Of a stretch of 64,000 nt of DNA, positions 57,521-64,000 are shown piece after piece. The first letter of the stretch is position 1. Each line of letters opens with the position of its first letter. Below the pieces are notes generated by a model. It was not told the origin of the DNA. It saw only the letters and a list, made by a program, of their open reading frames with translations, and did no database searches. Position numbers and translations under genes: made by a program. Origin of the DNA: Burkholderiales bacterium (GTDB lineage: Bacteria; Pseudomonadota; Gammaproteobacteria; Acidiferrobacterales; Sulfurifustaceae); the NCBI GenBank assembly GCA_036381895.1, contig DASVBY010000045.1, positions 1,981 to 65,980 on the forward strand. Reading direction: 5' to 3'.

Positions 57521-57593
57521 ACTGCGGATGCTGCTGGTGCCGCCGACGCTGCGAACGACGGCGCTGAACCTTACCGCCGTTGCCGGCCGCGGT

Positions 57594-58799
57594 CTACAGC
57601 TTGCAGCCGCGCGCCGGATCCTCGAGCGCCTTGACGGCGATGCCGACGACCTTGTTGTCGCCGTTCTCGACGACGCGGGCGTACATGTCCTGGATCGGAT
57701 TGTGCGCCTTCGACATCCGCCACTGGCCGCGCGGGCTGTCGATGACGGCGCCTTTCATCGCCTCGATCATCCCCTTGGTGTTGCGTACGTCGCCGTTGAC
57801 CGCCTCGAGGCCGATGCGCAGGAGCTGCGCCGCGTCGTAGCCCTGTACCGCGTAGACGTCGGCCACGGCCCCGTACTTCTTCTGGTAGGCCGCCTGGAAT
57901 TTCCTGTTGCGCGGCGTGTCGAGGCTCTCCGCATAGTGCAGCGCGGTGCGCACGCCCTCGGCGGCGGCGCCCTGCGCCTCGAGCGTGCCGTCGGTGAGGA
58001 AGCCGGTACCGTAGAGCGGGATCTTGTCCTTGAGGCCCGCTGCGGCGTAATCCTTGACGAACTTGACCGCACCGCCCCCGGCGAAGAACACGAACACCGC
58101 GTCCGGCTTGAGCGCTGCGATCTCCGTCAGGTACGGCTGGAATTCGACGTTCGGGAACGGCAGCGTCATCTCCTTCAGGATCTTGCCGCCGGCTTCGGTG
58201 AATGCCTCCTTGAAGCCGTCCGCCATCTGCTGGCCGGCGGCGTACCTCCAGGTGAGCGTTACCGCGGTCTTGTGCTTGTCCGCCGCCATGATCTTTCCGG
58301 TGGCGTACCCCGCCTGCCAGTTGCTGAAGGAGGTGCGGAAGATGTTCGGCGCGCACAGCGGTCCCGTGATCTCGTCCGCGCCCGCATTCGGGTTCAGCAT
58401 GATCGTCTTCGTGCCGCGCACCACCTTGGCCATGCCGATGGCGACGCCCGAATGCACGGTGCCGACGAGCACGTCGACCTGGTCGCGCTTGAGCAGGCGG
58501 TTGGCGTTCTCGGGCGCCTTGGCCGGATCGGATTCGTCGTCGACTACGGCGTACTCGACCTCGAGCCCCGCGAGCTTGCCGCCCGCCTCCTCGACGGCGA
58601 GCTTGAAGCCGTTGGTGATGGCGTTGCCGAGCGCCGCGTAGGTACCGGTGTACGGCAGCATCAGCCCGATCTTGATCTTCTTCGGCTGCGCCACCGCGGC
58701 CGCGCCCGGCAGCAGCAGGCCGGCGACGGCGATCGCGGCCGCCGTCGCGGCAGCGCGGCGCACGAACCGGCGCCGGGGGGTTGCGGTCTCGTTGCTCAT
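57594..58799 (-). CDS. ABC transporter substrate-binding protein (LivK-like) with Tat-like signal peptide, box-linked
   Basis: MSNETATPRRRFVRRAAATAAAIAVAGLLLPGAAAVAQP followed by KIKIGLMLPYTGTYAALG. Only the C-terminal 401 aa of the 894-aa track ORF are credible. Confidence 0.85.
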   Translation of the reverse strand: MSNETATPRRRFVRRAAATAAAIAVAGLLLPGAAAVAQPKKIKIGLMLPYTGTYAALGNAITNGFKLAVEEAGGKLAGLEVEYAVVDDESDPAKAPENANRLLKRDQVDVLVGTVHSGVAIGMAKVVRGTKTIMLNPNAGADEITGPLCAPNIFRTSFSNWQAGYATGKIMAADKHKTAVTLTWRYAAGQQMADGFKEAFTEAGGKILKEMTLPFPNVEFQPYLTEIAALKPDAVFVFFAGGGAVKFVKDYAAAGLKDKIPLYGTGFLTDGTLEAQGAAAEGVRTALHYAESLDTPRNRKFQAAYQKKYGAVADVYAVQGYDAAQLLRIGLEAVNGDVRNTKGMIEAMKGAVIDSPRGQWRMSKAHNPIQDMYARVVENGDNKVVGIAVKALEDPARGCKL

Positions 58800-58891
58800 A
58801 CCGATCGTTCCTCCTGTTGGTAAGTTGAGGGTACGGCCCGTCGCGCGCGACCGGCCCGACGGCGCGCTCGCGCGACTTCGTTGTTGTAGTT

Positions 58892-60535
58892 TCAGGACGT
58901 CGTCGCCGCTTCGGTAGCCCGGCTCGGCTGCTGCATCGCGCGCAGCTTGAAGCGCTGGATCTTGCCGGTCGCGGTCTTCGGCAGCTCGTCGATGAACTCG
59001 ATCCAGCGCGGGTACTTGAAAGGCGCGAGGCGCGACTTCACGTGCTGCTTGAGCGCCTCGGCGAGCTCGGGGGAGGGGCTGTTCCCGGGCTTGAGCACGA
59101 CGTAGGCGAGAGGCTTCACCAGGCGCTTCTCGTCTTCCTTGCCGATCACCGCCGCCTCGAGTACGGCCTCGTGCGTGATCAGCGCCGACTCCACCTCGAC
59201 CGGCGATACGTACTGGCCGCTCACCTTGAGCATGTCGTCGCTGCGCCCGGCGTAGACGTAGTAGCCGTCGGGTGTGAGCGTGTACTTGTCGCCGCTGCGG
59301 GTCCACGGCCCCTGGAAGGTGCTGCGCGAGCGTTCGCGATTGTTCCAGTACATGATCGCGCTCGTCGGTCCCGCGATCTGCAGCTCGCCGGTTTCGCCCG
59401 GCGGCAGGGGCCGGCCCTCGTCGTCGACGATGCGCAGCTGATAGCCCGGCACCGGCTTGCCGGTGGTGCCGTAGCGCACGTCGTCGGGGCGGTTGGAGAG
59501 GAAAATGTGCAGCATTTCGGTGGAGCCGATCCCGTCGAGGATATCGACGCCGAAGCGCTGCGACCAGCGCTTGCCGATGTCCTCGGGCAGGGCTTCGCCC
59601 GCCGAGGTGCAGCGGCGCAGCTTCAGCTCTTCGCGCGTCGGGAGCTCGGGGCTCGCGAGCAGCGCCGCATAGAGCGTCGGCACGCCGTAGAAGATGGTCG
59701 GCCGGTACTTGCGCAGGTACTCGCACACCGACGCCGGGGTCGGACGGTCGGGGAGCAGCACCGTGGTCGCCCCGACAGACATCGGGAACGTGAGCGCGTT
59801 GCCGAGCCCGTAGGCGAAGAAGAGCTTCGCGGCCGAGAACACGACGTCGTCCTCGCGAATGCCGAGGATCGGGCGCGCGTACAGCTCCGCCGTCAGAATG
59901 AGGTGCGAGTGCAGGTGCACCGTGCCCTTCGGCGCGCCGGTCGAGCCCGAAGAATAGAGCCAGAAGCACATGTCGTCGGCGCAGGTCGCCGCCGGATCGA
60001 AGTGGGCGTCGGCCTTCGCGAGCAGCTCCGACATGAGCAGGTGCCCCTGCGCGTCCTTGCCGGAGACGATCACGTGCCGCAGGTGCGGGAGGTTCTTCAG
60101 GATCGGGGCGAACGTCGGCAGCAGCGGCTCCGACACCACGAGCGCCCGCGCGCGGCTGTCCTGCAGCATGTACTCGAAGTCCTTCGCGGTGAGCAGGGTG
60201 TTCACCGGCACCGGGACCACGCCCGCCTTGATGGCGCCAAGGAAGGCCGTGGGGAAATCGATGGTGTCGAGCAGGCAAAGCAGTATGCGCTGCTCCATCT
60301 GCACGCCGAGGCCGGTGATGGCATTCGCGAACCGGTTGACGCGCTCGGCGAGCGCCGCATAGGTATGCGCGCCGTTGACGTCGTGGTAGGCGACTTTGGC
60401 GCCGCGGCCGGCGCGCAGGTTGCGTTCGATCAGGTCGTGCGCGGCGTTGTAGACGCGCGGGATGTCGACAATCGGCGGGCTCGTACCGTGATCGGAGGTG
60501 CTGAGGGAGGGCAGGGAAGTGGTCATACGTTTCAT
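58892..60535 (-). CDS. bclA: benzoate-CoA ligase
   Basis: AMP-binding motif YSSGSTGAPKG, the SAAKLFFAYGLGNAL motif typical of benzoate-CoA ligases, and the C-terminal PKTATGKIQRFKLR. ATG 60526 is an alternative start. Confidence 0.85.
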   Translation of the reverse strand: MKRMTTSLPSLSTSDHGTSPPIVDIPRVYNAAHDLIERNLRAGRGAKVAYHDVNGAHTYAALAERVNRFANAITGLGVQMEQRILLCLLDTIDFPTAFLGAIKAGVVPVPVNTLLTAKDFEYMLQDSRARALVVSEPLLPTFAPILKNLPHLRHVIVSGKDAQGHLLMSELLAKADAHFDPAATCADDMCFWLYSSGSTGAPKGTVHLHSHLILTAELYARPILGIREDDVVFSAAKLFFAYGLGNALTFPMSVGATTVLLPDRPTPASVCEYLRKYRPTIFYGVPTLYAALLASPELPTREELKLRRCTSAGEALPEDIGKRWSQRFGVDILDGIGSTEMLHIFLSNRPDDVRYGTTGKPVPGYQLRIVDDEGRPLPPGETGELQIAGPTSAIMYWNNRERSRSTFQGPWTRSGDKYTLTPDGYYVYAGRSDDMLKVSGQYVSPVEVESALITHEAVLEAAVIGKEDEKRLVKPLAYVVLKPGNSPSPELAEALKQHVKSRLAPFKYPRWIEFIDELPKTATGKIQRFKLRAMQQPSRATEAATTS

Positions 60536-60562
60536 CCTCCGTTTGGTCCTCGCGCTCTGTCG

Positions 60563-61033
60563 TCAGGCGGCGCGAGTAAACTCGATCGCGCCCTGCGGCA
60601 GCAGGTAGAGCACGAGCGCTTTCCCGTTGCTCACGGTGGGGTAGTGGGCGCTGTCCGGACTATAAACCAGCCACCCTGCATCGTGTCCATCGAATTTCGC
60701 ACCGGGCGTGAGCGGCATGATCATGTCGATCTCGCCGTGCGGGTGGCGGTGGTGCGGACCCTTGATGTCGTCCATCTCGACGACGTCGACGCTGAATCCG
60801 GCGAGTTCCGCGCTCGGCTTGAGCACCCGACCGTAGCGGATGCCGTCGGCCTCGCGGTTGCACATCCAGCCGGCCGCGATCGCGGCGCGGCAGGCATCGA
60901 ACACCCGGCGGAAGGTTTCACCGTCGGCCGGAAAGCGGCGGTTGAGTTCGGCTTCGAGGTTCTTGTCGAGCGGCTTGTCGCGCACCTGCTCGATGATCGG
61001 GCTCAGCAGCTGCCGAAATTCTTCGGTCGTCAT
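60563..61033 (-). CDS. conserved hypothetical protein, recalled as DUF4863-like (box-cluster associated)
   Basis: 156 aa with the His-rich motif KGPHHRHPHGEIDMIMP. It is the first gene of the bclA operon. The family name is from memory only. Confidence 0.5.
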   Translation of the reverse strand: MTTEEFRQLLSPIIEQVRDKPLDKNLEAELNRRFPADGETFRRVFDACRAAIAAGWMCNREADGIRYGRVLKPSAELAGFSVDVVEMDDIKGPHHRHPHGEIDMIMPLTPGAKFDGHDAGWLVYSPDSAHYPTVSNGKALVLYLLPQGAIEFTRAA

Positions 61034-61095
61034 GGTCGGTCCTCCTCCGGCGTTCCAGGGGCAAAGAGAACGCCTGCTCCGCCGTGTTCGGGCGG

Positions 61096-61136
61096 CATGC
61101 ATTATAGTGCTTGCAGTTTATTCGAACATGCATTAT
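61096..61136. promoter_or_regulatory. TGCA-containing repeats, candidate BoxR/BzdR-type operator
   Basis: CATGCATTAT occurs twice (61096-61105 and 61127-61136, 31 bp apart). TGCA cores lie at 61098, 61112 and 61129. GCATTATAGTGC is a 10/12 palindrome. Confidence 0.5.
61101..61106 (-). promoter_or_regulatory. perfect TATAAT -10 hexamer on the minus strand for the DUF4863-bclA operon
   Basis: The revcomp of ATTATA at 61101-61106 is TATAAT, about 68 nt upstream of the DUF4863 start and embedded in the first TGCA repeat. The -35 is poor (ATGTTC). Confidence 0.4.
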
Positions 61137-61222
61137 CGTTCAATATGCTTCCCGTCCCCCCGGACCGGATAGCGGCAACGTGCGACGATACGGAATCTTA
61201 TAGGGATTTGCTCACGCAGAAC

Positions 61223-62110
61223 ATGAAGGAACAGATGGCGTCTGCCGTATTGGAGTCGGGGCGGGTCCCGAATGACGAGGAGTTTCTGCGGGCGCTCGGG
61301 AAGCGGATTCGCGAGATTCGCGAGCAGCGCGGGATGGCGCGCAAGGTGCTCGCGCGTCAGGCGGACGTGTCGGAGCGGTACCTGGCGCAGCTCGAGGCGG
61401 GCGAGGGCAATGTATCGATCGTGCTGCTGCGGCACATCGTGCTCGCGCTGGGCGTGCCGCTCGCCGAGGTGTTGAACGAGGATCCGCGGTCGACCGAGCA
61501 CCGGTTGATCCGCCGCTTCCTCGAGCAGCTGCCCGAGCATCAACTGGAGGAGACGATTTTCCGGCTGATGCGCGACATGGGTGCGCTCGAAGGGGCGCGC
61601 CGGCGGCGGGTGGCGTTGATCGGCCTGCGCGGGGCGGGAAAGTCGACCCTCGGGCCCATGCTCGCCGCCGATACGGGCGTGGTGTTCATCGAGCTCGACC
61701 GCGAGATCGAGCGGGAAGCGGGATTGTCGTTGAGCGAGGTGTTCATGCTCTACGGTCAGGCGGGATACCGGCGGCTCGAGCGACGTTGCCTCGAGCGCGT
61801 GATCCACGAATACGAACGGGCGGTGATCTCGGTGGGCGGCGGCATCGTGTCCGAACCCGATACGTACAACCTGCTGCTCGCGTCCTGCTTCACGGTCTGG
61901 CTCAAGGCGCGTCCCGAGGAGCACATGGCGCGCGTGGCGGCGCAGGGCGACTTCCGGCCGATGCAGGACAACGCCGAGGCGATGGAGGATCTGCGCCGCA
62001 TCCTGAGAGCGCGCGAGCCGTTGTACGCCAAGGCCGACGTCACCGTCGACACCTCCGGGACGACGCCGGAGGAGGCTTTTACGAGATTGCGTCAGGCCGT
62101 CGCGGCCTGA
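61223..62110 (+). CDS. boxR: BoxR/BzdR-type regulator (XRE HTH fused to shikimate-kinase-like domain)
   Basis: N-terminal HTH (LGKRIREIREQRGMARKVLARQADVSERYLAQLEAGEGNVSI) plus a C-terminal P-loop domain (LIGLRGAGKSTLG). ATG 61235 or 61145 are alternative starts. Confidence 0.8.
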   Translation: MKEQMASAVLESGRVPNDEEFLRALGKRIREIREQRGMARKVLARQADVSERYLAQLEAGEGNVSIVLLRHIVLALGVPLAEVLNEDPRSTEHRLIRRFLEQLPEHQLEETIFRLMRDMGALEGARRRRVALIGLRGAGKSTLGPMLAADTGVVFIELDREIEREAGLSLSEVFMLYGQAGYRRLERRCLERVIHEYERAVISVGGGIVSEPDTYNLLLASCFTVWLKARPEEHMARVAAQGDFRPMQDNAEAMEDLRRILRAREPLYAKADVTVDTSGTTPEEAFTRLRQAVAA

Positions 62111-62136
62111 GGCGGGAACCATCTAGGAGGACTACC

Positions 62137-63819
62137 GTGGCCGAAGCTGCTCTGAGAGCCGAAACCGAAACGTCGGGCATCGTCGACTACCAGACGCATC
62201 CCGACCGCTACATCCACTGGCGGGTGTCGTTCGACGGACCGGTGGCGACGCTGTCGATGGACGTGAACGAGGACCGCGGGCTGAAGCCCGGCTACAAGCT
62301 CAAGCTCAACTCCTACGACCTCGGTGTCGACATCGAGCTCTACGACGCGCTGCAGCGGATCCGCTTCGAGCATCCGGAGGTGCGCGCGGTCGTGATCACG
62401 AGCGCAAAGGAGCGGATCTTCTGTTCCGGCGCGAACATCTTCATGCTCGGCCAGTCGTCGCATGCGTGGAAGGTGAACTTCTGCAAGTTCACGAACGAAA
62501 CGCGCAACGGCATCGAGGACGCGAGCCGCTACTCCGGCATCAAGTTCCTCGCCGCGTGCAACGGCACCACCGCGGGCGGCGGCTACGAGCTCGCGCTCGC
62601 GTGCGACGAGATCGTGCTGATCGACGACCGTTCCTCCGCCGTGAGCCTGCCGGAGGTGCCGCTGCTCGGGGTGCTTCCGGGCACGGGCGGTCTCACGCGC
62701 CTCACCGACAAGCGCCGGGTGCGCCGCGACCATGCGGACATCTTCGCGACCACGGTCGAGGGCGTGCGCGGCGCGCGCGCGAAGGAGTGGCGCCTCGTGG
62801 ACGAAGTGGTGAAGCCCGCGCAGTTCGACGAGTACGTCAAGCGCCGTGCGCACGAGCTCGCCGCCGCGAGCGACCGACCGCAGGGCGAGAAGGGCGTGGC
62901 GCTCACGCCGCTCGCGCGCGTCGTCGACGACTCCGGCTATCACTACCAGTTCGTCGACGTGCAGTTCGATCGCGCCGCGCGCCGCGCGACGATCACGGTC
63001 AAGGCGCCCGCGGCCGACGGCCCGAGCGAGATTCAGGGCATCGTCGGCGCCGGCGCCTCGTGGTGGGCGCTGCAGGCGGCACGCGAGCTCGACGACGCGG
63101 TGCTGATGCTGCGCACCAACGAGCTCACGCTCGGAACCTGGGTGCTCAAGACCGAAGGCGACGTCGAGCGCGTGCTCGCCGTCGATGCCACGCTCGCGCG
63201 CCACAAGGACCACTGGTTCGTGCGCGAAGTGATCGGGCTGTGGCGGCGCACGCTCGCGCGCCTCGACGTGTCCTCGCGCACCCTGTTCGCGCTGATCGAG
63301 CCTGGTTCCTGCTTCGCCGGGACGCTCTTCGAGCTCGCGCTCGCGGCGGACCGCAGCTACATGCTCGCGACCGAGGAGGCGGCCGCGGCGCCCGCGATCG
63401 CCCTGTCCGAGATGAACTTCGGCGCCTATCCGGCGGTCAACCGGCAAACCCGTCTCGAGGCGCGCTTCTACGGCGAGCGCGAGCCGATCGCGCGAGCCGA
63501 AGCGGTCAAGGGGCGCCGCCTCGCGCCCGCCGAGGCGCTCGCGCTCGGGCTCGTCACCGTGACTCCCGACGAGCTCGACTGGAGCGACGAGATCCGGCTG
63601 GCGCTCGAGGAGCGGGCGAGTCTGTCGCCCGACGCGCTCACGGGCATGGAGGCGAACCTGCGCTTCGGCGGCGCCGAGACCATGGAGAGCAAGATCTTCG
63701 GGCGGCTCTCGGCGTGGCAGAACTGGATCTTCAACCGCCCGAACGCGGTCGGGGAGGCCGGTGCGCTCCGGGTCTTCGGCACCGGCAACAAGGCGAAATT
63801 CAACTGGGAGCGCGTCTAG
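62137..63819 (+). CDS. boxC: benzoyl-CoA-dihydrodiol lyase / 2,3-epoxybenzoyl-CoA dihydrolase BoxC
   Basis: About 560-aa double-crotonase protein (YKLKLNSYDLGVDIELYDA, FCSGANIFML, GGGYELALACDE). GTG 62137 lies 6 nt after AGGAGG. Confidence 0.85.
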   Translation: MAEAALRAETETSGIVDYQTHPDRYIHWRVSFDGPVATLSMDVNEDRGLKPGYKLKLNSYDLGVDIELYDALQRIRFEHPEVRAVVITSAKERIFCSGANIFMLGQSSHAWKVNFCKFTNETRNGIEDASRYSGIKFLAACNGTTAGGGYELALACDEIVLIDDRSSAVSLPEVPLLGVLPGTGGLTRLTDKRRVRRDHADIFATTVEGVRGARAKEWRLVDEVVKPAQFDEYVKRRAHELAAASDRPQGEKGVALTPLARVVDDSGYHYQFVDVQFDRAARRATITVKAPAADGPSEIQGIVGAGASWWALQAARELDDAVLMLRTNELTLGTWVLKTEGDVERVLAVDATLARHKDHWFVREVIGLWRRTLARLDVSSRTLFALIEPGSCFAGTLFELALAADRSYMLATEEAAAAPAIALSEMNFGAYPAVNRQTRLEARFYGEREPIARAEAVKGRRLAPAEALALGLVTVTPDELDWSDEIRLALEERASLSPDALTGMEANLRFGGAETMESKIFGRLSAWQNWIFNRPNAVGEAGALRVFGTGNKAKFNWERV

Positions 63820-63944
63820 TCGGAGCCGGCAGGGCAGTCTGGAGCAGCAGCAGCGCACCGGACGCAAAGGGATGGCGGGTTTCGCTTCCCCTCGCGTTCC
63901 GCGGCGTATGCCCTGCGGGGCGAGATGAACCCTAGGAGTCAGCG

Positions 63945-64000
63945 ATGAGTATCAACTACAGCGAGAAGATTCCGAACAACGTCGACCTGGCGAGCGACAA
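63945..64000 (+). CDS. boxB: benzoyl-CoA oxygenase component B, 5' end only
   Basis: MSINYSEKIPNNVDLASD matches the BoxB N-terminus as I recall it. AGGAG lies 6 nt upstream. The gene is truncated by the window edge. Confidence 0.75.
   Translation, partial: MSINYSEKIPNNVDLASD

Noticed and set aside
57594-60278. 894-aa minus-strand ORF
   Set aside because: Only the C-terminal 401 aa (from ATG 58799) form the binding protein. The rest is an out-of-frame read through bclA.
59042-62110. 1022-aa plus-strand ORF
   Set aside because: The first ~727 aa are antisense to bclA and DUF4863. Only the last ~295 aa (boxR) have HTH and P-loop motifs.
1-64000. Window-wide look for CRISPR arrays, tRNA/rRNA, IS elements, integrases, phage genes, toxin-antitoxin or defence modules
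   Set aside because: None seen by eye. There are no spacer-repeat periodicity, no T-loop GGTTCGA-type motifs outside CDSs, and no transposase or integrase-like translations. A proper tRNAscan/Infernal/IS search was not possible.

Overview
GC-rich proteobacterial chromosome segment. Third codon positions are almost all G/C, so the ORF track holds many long spurious antisense ORFs. I saw no rRNA, tRNA, CRISPR, transposase/integrase or recognisable defence or toxin genes. I support about 64 protein genes in three blocks.

(1) 1-6.8 kb, anaerobic cofactor block: the 3' part of a cd1/NirN-like gene, ubiU-ubiV, ubiT, and a translationally coupled ubiD-hemN. Two FNR/Anr-type boxes precede these genes.

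(2) 6.8-31.7 kb, mixed envelope, metal and redox genes:
- a cupredoxin remnant and a CPH-type CopB ATPase
- a solitary LIV-type binding protein and AsmA
- two orphan receiver-only response regulators
- DUF421, BON and OMP genes
- a form-II (AYRGAGR) coxSLM-coxDEG-xdhC molybdoenzyme cluster
- a DUF411(CopG)-TlpA-CcdA operon
- mscL and an SRPBCC-ADH pair

(3) 31.7-64 kb, contiguous aromatic-acid catabolic supercluster:
- pcaR / pcaIJ-pcaB-pcaD-pcaC
- paaX / paaABCDE-paaY-paaZ-paaG-paaI-paaK followed by a LIV-type ABC importer
- a convergent DUF4863-bclA-ABC importer-hydrolase operon
- boxR-boxC-boxB (5' end only)

I did not find a clear-cut novel multi-gene system. The best leads are:
- The FNR boxes sit where class II architecture would give leaderless ubiU, ubiT and ubiD-hemN transcripts.
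- The CopG-TlpA-CcdA operon may be a thiol-reductant relay to a copper protein.
- Candidate operators lie in the pca, paa and box control regions.
- Three pathways converging on 3-oxoadipyl-CoA are clustered, but no thiolase is in the window.

All product names rest on my own recognition of family motifs. No database search or folding calculation was run.
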